A stretch of 64,000 nucleotides of DNA from the human T2T-CHM13v2.0 reference genome, Homo sapiens, in the NCBI GenBank assembly GCA_009914755.4, contig CP068257.2:22080001-22144000 (forward strand), given 5' to 3'. Of the stretch, positions 1 to 13,376 are shown one piece after another. The notes under the pieces were generated by a model, which ran no database searches, was not told the origin of the DNA, and was given only the letters and a program-made list of their open reading frames with translations. A program made the translations under genes and the position numbers. Within the stretch, counting starts at the first letter, position 1. The number at the start of each line of letters is the position of its first letter.

Positions 1-666
1 TGTCCTCAGATGTCACCAATGCAAAAATAGGCAAGTAAAATCTGTGATGGGATTTTAACATTCACAAAGCACTAGAAAACTATATATCAGAATTTGTGTA
101 ACTATCTCAATGACCTGTCACTAGCTTTTTTTCTGGAGATTTCATTATTCATTCATCCAATTATGGCAAAGGAAGATATTCTACTCTCTCTTAATTAAAA
201 CTGAAAATGATACATTATATGCAAATATCATTCTACACACAAATATACACATAGACACTCATATATACTCATGCTCACACATACAGTCATCACAAATATT
301 GTGCTTACAGATGGTGAGAGTACGATTATAAACTAATTGCTTTAGAAAGGAAAAGAAGAATATCAAAGTGTGTGCTGGAGGTTGTGTGATCCAAGAGAGA
401 AGAGAAATGGAAAGGAAGCTGGGGTGGTAGGAACGTATTTAATGAGTTCTGATGGGGTGGTGGGGATGGGTGATATTGTGCTTGTCACTATATATGAGTT
501 ATTTCATTCAATTATCAAACGTGTTTATTAAGTAGATGTTATTATTTTTGCTTTAAAAGCTAAATATCAAAGATGTTAAGCAACACAGAGCCAAGGTACC
601 ACAAATACAAATTACCTGATTCCCAAAAATATTTTTTGTCACCATGTTGGTTCTAAAGCCTACTAG

Positions 667-1025
<359 letters not shown>

Positions 1026-1865
1026 TAATTTTAAATTTTCAAATTTGCAGTTTGTTAAAAGATCTATTGATAGTATCTCACCCCTACATTAGCTCAATTT
1101 CGTCTTCTTATGTGTGGCAACTTTCTCTGACCTTCCCTTAAAAACCTTCCCTAGAAGTTTTGACTGTAACCCTCTTCTATTTGCTTTTATTCACTCTCCT
1201 TCAAAGCGTTCATATCCATGTAGCTAGTTGTCTCTTAAATCATGAATTCAAATTCTTTCAAAATTATTACTCTGAGTTACTGTCTAACATGTTTCTTGCA
1301 AATAACTCAAATTTTATTTGTCCAGGTTTTGCTCACAAACACTCCAATGAAGCCTAATTATATCTTTAGACAGTTGATCTTAAAAATGCATTTAAAATAT
1401 TATTTAGATTTTTCCCTTTATTTTCATTTCTGCAAGCATCATCAAGGTCAAGCCGTTATCATAGCTTGAGTTGATTGAAATAAATCTCTTTTTTCTAGTC
1501 ATTCTTTAGCTAATTTCTTCTACTCAACATGATTCAGTTGGTCTGTCAAAATATATCACACATAAGTACAATATTTCTTTTCAAAACTTTCTGGGATTCC
1601 TTCTTGCTTAATGTTAATTCCAAATCTCCTATCCTGGCATTAAAGGCCTTCTAGTCTTATTCACAGTATTTCTTCACCCAGAATACTGTGCCTCTTTCAT
1701 TATAAATCAATGTTTTCCATTTGTACATGTCCAACTGAAACCCCATCTCCTCCCTGTCTCGCCCAGCCAAAACCAATTTGCTCCTCTGCTCTCACACAGA
1801 ACTTTGTTTATACCTGTCTTATGTAGTCATTAAATGCTTTCTTAGCGAATGGATGTTGGATTCTC

Positions 1866-2230
1866 TCTCAGTTTGTTTGGGTTGTCATAACAAAATATCA
1901 TAAACCAAGTGACTTATAAAGAATAGAAATTTATTTTTCACAGTTCTGAAAGATAGGAGGCTCAAGATCAAGGAACTGGCAGATTTGGTGTCTGGGGAAG
2001 ACCTGCTTCCTGCTTCAAAAATGGCAGTCTGCTCTGTGTCCTCACATGGTAGAGAGAGTAACCAAGTTCTGTGGGGATTTTTATAAAGACATTAACCCAT
2101 ACATGATGCTTCTGTCTCATGACCTCAGTGAACCCTGATTATCTCCCAAAGACCCCACGCCTTAATACCATCACATTAGGTGGCAGGGTTTCAACATATG
2201 AACTTCGGAAGAACTCAGCATTTGTAATGC
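1866..2230 (-). mobile_element. ERVL-type solo LTR (MLT2-like), antisense
   Basis: Reverse-complement similarity to the MLT2 LTR consensus as I recall it. ...GTCATAACAAAATATCATAAACCAAGTGACTTATAAAGAATAGAAATTTATTTTTCACAGTTCTG... matches GCTATAACAAAATACCATAGACTGGGTGGCTTATAAACAACAGAAATTTATTTCTCACAGTTCTGGAGGCTGGGAAGTCCAAGATCAAGG. Also CTCACATGG...ATTAACCCATACATGA...CTCATGACCT...ATACCATCACATT...TTTCAACATATGAA. Confidence 0.45.
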
Positions 2231-5200
2231 AAGAGCTTCTACTCTGCAACATACTTAAGGGAAGCCTCTCTCAGATGGATTTTCCCTACATCTTGTCATT
2301 AACATTAATTGCCCTGTTTAGGTTGGGTTCACCAGACAGCCTGAGAAAAGTGATGTACTGAGGGAGTACTTTCAGGTAAAGGATGTGTGATCAAGGGGAT
2401 ACAATACTAAGCACACATGTTGTTTTAACTGAAGATTAGATTCTATTTGATCCCACGAAGAGCTCTGGAGTACAAATCACACTATCAAGTTCCTGACCAG
2501 GGGTCCCCTCCTACTCTTGGAGGCAGGGGTATAACCTCTTCCAGAATGAGGCAGTTCCCTTTGGGCTGTAGGTAGGCTCCAAAGAAGATGGCAGCTATGT
2601 GTTATTAGCGTAGCTAAAGGGTGTATGCATAAACCTGGCAAGGTGATCTGGCCAGGACACCAATAATATCTATAACAATGTATCTTTTGCACATTCAGAT
2701 CAACTTCCTTTTATTAATTTCAACTTATTTATTTCATTAAGTTTACTTCATAAAGACACTATTTTTTCTGGATTTTAGTTAATTACAGTTTCTAGGAAAA
2801 CTCGCAAAAGTAGAGTTCATGGGTCAAAGAAAGTTCCCTGTTGCCACATTTGATCTTGAGGTTAAAAATATCATCTCCCTCCTCCATGTCTCATTCTAGG
2901 TTCCCCTTCTCTTGGCTAACGTTTCTGGTCTTCTGGTGTTCTGGCATGAGGGCTTCTACCATAGCTTTAAGTTTAACGGAAATCTTACTATGCCCCCTGA
3001 TGGAAGGGTTGCTTTATGACAACCAAGACCTGGAGCTGTACAGAGCTTAAAATTCCTGGGACTGGATGCTCAGACAGGTGAAATGGATCATTGAGATCAC
3101 TGAGAGTGACGCTGAATCAAACACTTCCACTCCTACCCCTTGGTTTCCAGAGCTGTGTATTCTTCCTCTTGGGGAAAGATCATGACACAACGATTGCTTC
3201 GAAGGTGTTAGCTTCAAGTGAGCAGCACGTATGTTCCTTTAAGATGTCATTTCACTTTTATGGCAGGCTAGCAGCTTTTAGGTAAATACAGGAAAGGTAA
3301 GTCTATGCTTCCAGTAGCTCAGGCCAAATACAAACCATAATCTTTGACTCCTGAATTTCTTTCACATACTCTACCACATTCTATTGGTTATGCATTCAAA
3401 ATATATGTAGAGTCTGATTTTCTCAGTGACTCCATTGTTAACACTATATTTTAAACCATAGTAATCTCCTACTTCTAGGCCATTAAACTGGATCTTGTTT
3501 ATTTTGTCTTTGCCCCACCACAAAACTACACTCCCGTGAATAGGTTTTGTTAAGAATGACTCTTTTTAAAACATGCCTGTCTATATCACTCTTCCGCTCA
3601 CACCCTGCCAATGACTTTTCCATCTTTCTCAGAAAAAAATCTAAATATTTTCATAAAAGTTTGCAAGGCATACCTGCAATCAAACATCTTATATTTAAAT
3701 CCACCTCTTACTATTTGTGTGAAACAGACAGGCTAATGGAATTATTTGTGTCTCAGTACAGTATTGAGAGAATTATGTGAGTTGGTGTATAGCAATATAC
3801 TTATAATAGTTCCTGGCACTGAAACAACACTACATAAATGTTAGCTAATATTTTCATTGTTTCAGTTCTTATTATTGCAGGTGTATTTTGTGCTTGTATT
3901 TTTATGAATTACTTAAACATAAATATTTTTCATGTCACATGATAATTCTCAGATACATGATATCTAATGGCTATGTAATATTCTATCCTATATTATGCCA
4001 TTTTTATTTCTTTCATCTATTCATTCATTTATTCATTGAATCATGCTTTCTAATCGAGGTATTACAGAAACTGCTTGAACTCACTTTGAGGAAAGTAAGT
4101 CTATATGAGATAGAAAGCAATAACGCAAGCCAACACATGCATAAAATGTATGATTGAATATGTTCATTATTTTATTTGGCAATTCCACCAAAGAATATAC
4201 TTTTTCTTCCTCACATGTTTAAATATTTAATGCTATAGCAAAAACATTATCTCAAGAAACTTTCTGTGCATATAGGGAAGAACACAGAGGGATCCTTATC
4301 CATCCCTTTCTTCTATGGAAAATGCTGGGCATAAAGAGAGAATAGAGTCCAAGTAGAGGTTAAATTTGAGTTCTGTCTATGTAACCTTTACTTGTGTCAA
4401 GGGTGCAATGTGTAGAAATAATGCTGCCATTTGTAGAGTCCAGTCACTTCTCAACTACCAGTAGTCATGACTAAACAGTAAATTGCATAAACCTCAAAAG
4501 ACATCAGAGACTAATATATATGAAGGATATCAGTACCGTATGTTCCACTGGTCACTTGGTAACATGGAAACAGAAAGAGTAAATATTTCACAGATGGAAC
4601 ATTCAGCAAATCCTATGAAAAAAATTCATATTTATTTTTAATCCTCAAATATACGGTCATTTTAAACAATTTTATTTATTTTAATGGCTACCTAATTTCC
4701 TTTAATATCAGAGAAAAATTAAATTAAATTCTATTTTCATCGCCACCCTCTCACCCCTGCTGTGGTTTACCTCTTTGGCATTTTATTATTGAAAAATGCC
4801 TACCCACCATATGAAATTATTTATCCAGGACTATAGCCGAAGAACAATAATTTTAAAAGCTACAAAACATTATAATACTAAAAACACACGAAATAGATTG
4901 TCCTCCTTTTTAATCTCATAGTGTTATCAAAAAAGTATTAATTTTCACTGAGACTCAGGCAAAAAATATTTTTTACTTTTGCAAGAGCATATTGTATTTA
5001 TTGTCCATATAATACTGTCTTAAACACGTTAGATTTGTTTACTATTTATTCCCGTAAAAGCAGGGAATTGGAAACCAAAGGAAATCAGACCTTTAAATCC
5101 TCTCACCTAATGTGAGCCGTTTTTTTTTCTGAGCTGAGGGAAAGAACCATCATATAATAAATCGAATCAGCTGAAAGATCTCTCTTCAGCAAGTAAGCTG

Positions 5201-5887
5201 TATATAGTTGGAGTGTAAAAGACAAGTGGCCACAGAACAGTCCCTACGCCTGGAAACTTAATTAACTTATATTTTACCATCATAAGAAACAAGGTTAGGG
5301 TCTCTACCAAGCTCTGCTATACACACACAACCCCTTTTACCAAAACCTCTGAGACTTGATCTCTGGCAAACCTGGTTTCAGAGTAACACCTCCCGTCGTA
5401 TCTTTACCAACATGCATATAAAACATTTTCTCATTATATTTTACTCTCATAATGCAATAAAATCTTTTATTAACCTTTACTTAGGATATAAGATTATTTG
5501 AGCACCCACCGACAACAAACTGAGTGTAGCATCTCTATTTTATTACCACCTAACCACTCGTCATTGTGGAGAAGACCAACGTTTTCAGAACCCCTCCCAA
5601 CTCACCATCATGGTTTGTGGAAAGTAAATCTCTTTCCACTCAGGTGTTGTGATATGAAAAGGAATTAAAGAGAGAGAAATACAGCGCTGGGATAAACAGC
5701 AAAAATGAGAACAATTTTAATCTGTTGTGTGTGAAATTAAATATCATGTATCATTTCCCCATTAGACAAACTATGTCCAGAGTAACTAAATATAGTTTTC
5801 CTGATTGTTTCTGCTTGGAATCTTACCCATTCAGCGCTTTTTTCTTTTACATTTGAGGAATTAATTTCAAACTTTAAGTTTCAGCTT

Positions 5888-5968
5888 ACCAACATGGCAC
5901 ATGTATACATATGTAACAAACCTGCACGTTGCGCATATGTACCCTAAAACTTCAAGTATAATAAAAAA
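5888..5968 (+). mobile_element. L1 (LINE-1) extreme 3'-end fragment (~80 bp) with poly-A, flanked by 11-bp TSD AAGTTTCAGCT
   Basis: ACCAACATGGCACATGTATACATATGTAACAAACCTGCACGTTGCGCATATGTACCCTAAAACTTCAAGTATAATAAAAAAAA is the canonical L1 3' end. Direct repeats AAGTTTCAGCT at 5876-5886 and 5969-5979. Confidence 0.8.
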
Positions 5969-7148
5969 AAGTTTCAGCTGATATATTGTGTAATAAGTTA
6001 TTTTAATAGACTTTAAAAAGCTCAATTTTCATTCAGGGGAAAAATTGCATAAGAGTACTGAAGATATCTTGAATGCCAAGAAGCTCTTGGAAAACTAACT
6101 TTTTTTAAGTAAAATGCAGAAAAACAGAGAAAACTCGAAGCCAATAAATTGGGCACGGATTTTAAAATTAGAAGCCACCACACTTGCAGAAGCAGTATAA
6201 AGTTTTTAAAATCTGGGATGTATTTAATAGACTCAATTATTTTCCATTTAAAATTTTAATATTTTAATAAAGCTAAATTCATAGGTAGAGAAATATTATT
6301 GGCATTGGTATATGGAAAAAATTATTGTATGTACTTGTATGTTGCAGCCAAGTACATTGGTATATATCACAACTTTAAAGGAGTGGAGGGAGCTCAGAAA
6401 ATACCCCTGTTTTGTCATCCAAATTAAAAGTGCCAATAATAAGCACAGAAACTCACATCCCCTTACTAATTTGTTGGCAGTTTTCCCAGAAACATATTTT
6501 ATGTAGATAAGTCTTCACTTTGCTCATACATTTCATTATATAAATTATTTTTACAAATTAATTTTTCATTAGGCACAAGAATATGGTTCACTAAATATGC
6601 TGAAATTTACTACATTATTTGCATCTGAGGAATATATGACATGCCACTGACTTTTACTAAGACGGTCTAAGCATTAGAGTGTGTTATGGTCCCCCGTGTG
6701 AATACATTTCTGAAATGTTTCCAACACTTATAGCCTGGCATTCAGCCCCCATGATGATCTAGCTCAAAGACATTTGTAGTCTTATCCTGTGCTATTCCTC
6801 TTTACATAGTAGATCCTGCAAACCAGTGGAACCATTGCTATTCACTAACATGCCTTTTGCACTTTCTATTCTTCTTTTATTTGCATCTGTCATTTTCAAT
6901 AATTTTGACCTCATGACCAAAAATTATCTTTAAATTATTGAGGAGGATCCCCCCCAAAAATTTATGTAGGCTGAATCTGTTAATACCAGGCTAAAAGTTA
7001 AATGTTTTACAAAATAGTATTTTAATTAATACTTCAAAACATAATCATGATAGATCTATTAAAGTTTTACATAATATATATATATGTGTAGTTTCTAAAA
7101 CAAAATAAAATAGTGAGCAGAAGAGAATTATTTTACATTTTAGCTACT

Positions 7149-7311
7149 TTTATTTTTTTATTTTTTATTTTTTATTTTTTATTTTTCAGACGGAGTCTCA
7201 CACAGTTGCCAGGCTGGAATGAAATGGCATGATCTCGGCTCACTGCAACCTCCGCCTCCCAGGTTGCTCCCAAAGTGCTGGGATTACAGGTGTGAGACAC
7301 CACACCCAGCC
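7149..7311 (-). mobile_element. Alu, antisense, with ~135-bp internal deletion; (TTTTTA)n tail at left
   Basis: CAGACGGAGTCTCACACAGTTGCCAGGCTGGAATGAAATGGCATGATCTCGGCTCACTGCAACCTCCGCCTCCCAGGTT joins directly at ~7265/7266 to GCTCCCAAAGTGCTGGGATTACAGGTGTGAGACACCACACCCAGCC. The middle of the Alu is missing. Confidence 0.8.
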
Positions 7312-7332
7312 TTTTTTTTTTTTTTTTTTTTT
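7312..7332. repeat. poly(T) tract, 21 nt
   Basis: Homopolymer run seen directly in the sequence, abutting the deleted Alu. Confidence 0.95.
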
Positions 7333-7932
7333 GCAGGTTTCTTTACAATCTGGTTTAATAGTTTGGTTTAACAGAAGACAGTTAAATACTAATAACTGCT
7401 TTTGCATTCAGTCTGTTGTAATATATTGTTTTGGTAGAAGTGTATGCTGAACATTGAGCATCACACAGAGAAGTATTAGAAAAGGCAAAAGTATTTTAAA
7501 TGTCTTTTCAGGTAATTGTGCATATTTTTCTTCAACATTACACCAAACTCTACAATATACAATGTGAATTTTTTTCCCTCTGGCACATTAAAATCCTCTG
7601 GTTTGTGTTGTACTTTGAATAGGTTTATATCCATTCATGATTTTGTGCCATAAGGAATTAATTATTTGGAAAATATTGCTTTATTAAACTATGCTGATCT
7701 GACAAATGTTGGAATATTTCATTATAAACATCTTTTAAAATCATCTTTTTAATGACCTCACCAATTTTGTCAAAATTATCTTTAAGTATTTGGAAGCTGT
7801 AAACCTCCTGGTAGCAGATACAAGTTTCATAAAATTCTATTTTTTTAAATATGAGTTTTATTATTGTCAACATATTTGGCTAGTTTTCTTTGAAGTGACA
7901 GTAAGTATTCAATTTTTAAAAGTCTCCGAATT

Positions 7933-7998
7933 GATCGTGCCACTGCACCCCAGCCTGGACGACAGAGCGAGACTCTGTCTCAAAAAATAAAAAAAAAA
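7933..7998 (+). mobile_element. Alu 3'-terminal fragment (~50 bp + A-tail) with 8-bp TSD TCCGAATT
   Basis: GATCGTGCCACTGCACCCCAGCCTGGACGACAGAGCGAGACTCTGTCTCAAAAAATAAAAAAAAAA. TCCGAATT at 7925-7932 and ATCCGAATT at 8001-8009. Confidence 0.8.
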
Positions 7999-8102
7999 TT
8001 ATCCGAATTTAGTTTTTGACTCCTTTTCTTCTGTATCCATTCGCACTCTTGAAAAGACATTACTCTTACAGTTTTAAAAATCATCTATATGCTTATAACT
8101 TT

Positions 8103-8620
<518 letters not shown>

Positions 8621-11149
8621 TAGCAGGACTTTCTGTTTTGTCACAAAATATTAAAAAGACATACACTCAAGTGTAGAGATTTAATGGTATGGATAATTTT
8701 ATTTTTTACTGTTTTATTCAGATGATCTTAAGCTCTTGTCTTATTTTAACTTTGGTGGTGAAGAATAAAACATCAATGAGTACATCTTGATACCACTGTC
8801 TATTTGACTGTAGCATGAGCTGCTTTATTCACCATTGTTTTTGCATGATCATGTCAAATGCCAACACATTAAAAAGGGCACAAAACCATTTAGTATTATT
8901 GTGAATTAATTCTTACTTTGCAAACTCCCTGAAAGAATCTTGTCGACCACTGGGGTCCATGGAACATACTTTAAGAACCACCGACTTAACTATTTTCTCT
9001 CCCTAGAATACACATCATGACAGTTTTTTGAGGGGAACTGTCATGGAAATTAATCTGTGGAACTGAGGTCATATCACATCGGGTTAGTTAATAAAAGCTT
9101 AGCCCACTTGAGGACACAAGAACTGCCATTATGGTTTAAGTAAACTCATATTGCAAGTGATCATTTAATAAAACAATATTAGTGAGTGTATTCAGTTTTG
9201 GAAAAGAAATAGATGCGTAACGCATGAAGTAGCCACTTTCAAGAGTGCAATCTAAATTCCCCTCAACAATACTTGCTCTTTCATTATTTTTAAGACAAAT
9301 TGCAACATTCAGTTTACTGAAACTTCATCATTTTGTTCATAATTTAATTCAGGAAACATTTATAAGCAGTAAGTAGTTTCACCAGACACTTTGCTAGGAC
9401 CTCAGGACACAGAGTTTATGCACTGTTCATTTTTATCAACGTTATAAAGCTGGTCTTGGGTTGCTCTATGTGATGACACTCCCATTGCAGTGAATCTGTC
9501 ATCTTCTGCCAAAATCAGTTTTTGCTGAAAGACTCACTGTATAGTATAGTAGCCAAGTAGAAGATTTATACATATATTTCATTTATCAAAAAGTAGTGAA
9601 TATATTCAATATATGTAGACACAGTCTAGGAGAAAAAAAGTCTGTAGTGTATATGTCTTCCTTTTTTATTTTATTTCCAAGTAAGTAGTATATTCATAAA
9701 AATGCCAATTTGACATTCCAAATTTGACATTTACTACAGACTTCACATAGCTTTTCTCTTTTCTGCATGATTCCAGTATATATCAGATCTATCAGAATGA
9801 ACATTTCTAAACTCAGAGCACAGCATCATCAGTATTTTCCCAGTTCTCAGGTGCACAGCTGGATAAATCACTCATTTTTCTGTTTCAAAAATCACTTCTT
9901 TTAACCTGGTTGTTTCAATGTATCAACATCAGTCATCCTTAATCCCCCAAAGATAACATTAGGAAGAATGAAATAAAAAGGAGACTGTAATCCCTCTCTT
10001 TCATATCTCTATTTTGAGAATAGGGAAATCACTCGATACCACAAGTTCTATTTGGAATGTCACAAAGTAGATGTAGCACAAAAATATATGCTTCTGATCT
10101 GTAAACAGTACCAGCTAAATCCATATTCCCATTAATCTCCTGCCACAGCACTGCATGTTCTCTTCATCATGCAGCCAGGTTATTCTAAGTCTCTTAGCAT
10201 AGCTTCCAAGAATGTACATCTGTCATTTGGAGCTGAGCAACATGTAGATTCACCATCATTCTGGGCAGTTGGATCTTGGTAACATTACTGCATTTCTTGA
10301 GTTGGATGCCAATAAATTATCTTTAAATGACTTTCAATTATCTGATTAGGTTTAGTTCCCTTAAAGGTATGCCTTTCTGCTATGAGTGAGTACTGCCCTT
10401 AAGCTTTAAGTGACCAGCCTGAGTACATGCATTTGGTACGGATAATGCACTTGATCTTTAGAGTTGGCTTTGTGGCTTTTGGCAATATTTCACTATTATG
10501 CCTAAGTGTAAGCAGAATAACATTAGATAGATTTATTCATTTTTGAAATTGCTATATTCTTTGGTAGGTAAAGAAATAATCCTCTTCCATATTCATTCAT
10601 TCATTCATATACATAACCTGATTGTGTTCCAAGTAAGAAAATTTCACTTAATGCTATCATTTCAGTCTAATTATATCAGTCTGAATTCTGTATATACAGA
10701 TGTCTACTGTATCAGTTCATTTCACTGGCCAAGTATCTTTGAAAGATAAATGTTTCATTATCACATCCAAATTAGGAAAATTATTCCTTTACATACTTGA
10801 ATTCATACATGCAGTATAAAATATTTATCAATCATTGTTCTATATCAGAAACTGTGCTTCTTATCTACTAGGTATTCAAAGATGAATCAAATGACTTTCC
10901 AGTCATCCAGCAAGTTGCAGTTTATTGGACAAGATAGATATATAAACCAATACACCTAAGGAATATGCTATAAAATAGAAGAATGAATTAAGAGTACTGT
11001 GAAATACTAAAGGAAAGTACTCCTTCTACTTAGAAGACATGAAGTCTTTCCCAGGGGAGGTGCCACAAGCTCCTAATCTCATTATTTATTTATTCATTCA
11101 TTTGTATTGAATAAATAGCTTCAGTTTCCTCTTTAATTATATTTCATAT

Positions 11150-11430
11150 ATAATAGTACAATTATATTTTATATATAATTGTACAATTATATATTATATA
11201 TAATTGTACAATTATATATAATTGTAAAATATAATTTTACAATTATATATAATTGTACAATTATATATATAATTTTACAATTATATATAATTTCACAATT
11301 ATATATATAATTTTACAATTATATATAATTTCACAATTATATATATAATTTTACAATTATATTTTATATATAATTTTACAATTATATTTTATATATAATT
11401 TTATAATTATGTTTTATATATAATTTTATG
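11150..11430. repeat. AT-rich palindromic tandem repeat array (~20-bp unit AATTGTACAATTATATATAT, ~13 copies)
   Basis: Tandem, slightly variable units containing the palindromes TTGTACAA and AATTATATATAATT. The array is bracketed by duplicated CTTTAATTATATTT at ~11128 and ~11431. Confidence 0.85.
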
Positions 11431-11781
11431 TCTTCTTTAATTATATTTATGGGGATGCCCCATATTCAAAGCTGAAGGTTGAGGTTTATTTATCCTCAGG
11501 TGAGAGGCCAAAAGTCAGACTTAAAAATTATCTGTCATTCTTCAGTTTTGAATTTCAAAGAATACAACTGACCATGTTAGCAAGATTGCAGTAATAAAAA
11601 TCAAGACTAGTGGAAGAAGGGGTGTTACTTAAGGTGATAATGCAAGCTCAAGATCTAAGTAATGACGTCACTACATATCCAGACTAGAAAGAGAAAGAAG
11701 AACAATGATAGAAAGAAGGTGAAACAGCATGAGACCCCTCCACTCAGCACACCTGGAGTCGAGTTTCAAGAGGGGAGTCAT

Positions 11782-12102
<321 letters not shown>

Positions 12103-13081
12103 TCAGTTAGGTATGTGTGAAGGGTTGGGTACAAGATATTAGAGATGGAATAGCCGGAGTCATTCCTCATGGAGATTAAAAGAAAATGCTGCCAGACGCT
12201 TACATGCCAATAAGGCACAATATAATGGTAGAGCAGAAGTTGTTGGAGGCAGATAGATAGATGAACCTCAGAAGTACCCTGGATTCCTTAGGATTTTCAG
12301 AAAACCTAACGGAATCTGAATATCTAACTGAAGGGATGCAGGTTTCCAGGAAGTCTGGTAGATTCTCAAAGACTGGGGTCGTGACAAAGAGAACATCATC
12401 AGCAGGGTGTTTGCAACCAAGAATAAATAGCTGAGACCACAGGCTCCTGCCATGGGTGCAAGCATATCAGCTCCTAAGGCTATTTAGGACAAACCCTGGG
12501 TCAGCCCACATAGGAAAAGCATCAGATTAACCACCCCCCTGAGACCAATGAGAATGAGAGGTCCCTTTATGGACTAGAAGACCACTTTTTCCCAAATGCC
12601 AATCAGGACTCAAATTCTTTACACGCATAGCCACCGTTATGGGGAGGAGATGATAAAATGTGATGTGCATGGCATAAAGACAATTAGTTATTTGAAGATG
12701 GTATTAAAGCCAGCCCTGGTAGGGCACTAAGCAGACTGAGGAATTATACTTAAAAATGAATGAGGAATTCTTAAAATGCAGGCTTAAATCTGGCTATTAA
12801 CCACTGGAATGACAACTCTTAAGAAAGATCAAATTAGTCATAAAGAATAAAGAAGCTGCACTTTATTTTATTGATCTGAAGGTAGAAATGAATCTGTGAT
12901 ATCACTTTGCTTTTATTGAACACACAGTTTGAGCAGCTGGAGATACAATCAATGGGCAAGATATTTCTTGTGGATCGCAGATTGAAGTGGGAAATGTAGA
13001 CAAAACAAATACAATAAGGAAATAAGCCTGAGACTTCAGGGTATCTTATGTGAGCATATATGAGGCATCTAATCAAATTTT

Positions 13082-13376
13082 ATTATTTTATTTTTTGAGA
13101 CGGCCTCTCACTCTGGCCCCCAGGCTGGAGTGCAGTGGCACAATCTTGGCTCACTGCAGCCTACTCCTCCTGGGTTCAAGTGATTCTCCTGCCTCAGCCT
13201 CCTGAGTAGCTGGGGTGATAGGTGCCCATCATCACGCCCAGCTAATTTTTGCACTTTTAGTAGAGACAGGGTTTCACCATGTTTGCCAGGCTGGTACCGA
13301 ACTCCTGACCTCATGATCCGCCTTCCTTGGCCTCCCAAACTGCTAGGAATAGAGGCATGAGCCACTGCGCCCAGCC
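13082..13376 (-). mobile_element. Alu (AluS-like), antisense; TSD CTAATCAAAT
   Basis: TTTTATTTTTTGAGACGGCCTCTCACTCTGGCCCCCAGGCTGGAGTGCAGTGGCACAATCTTGGCTCACTGCAGCC...GAGCCACTGCGCCCAGCC. CTAATCAAAT on both flanks (13068-13077 and 13377-13386). ORF 13108..13365 is Alu-derived. Confidence 0.9.
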
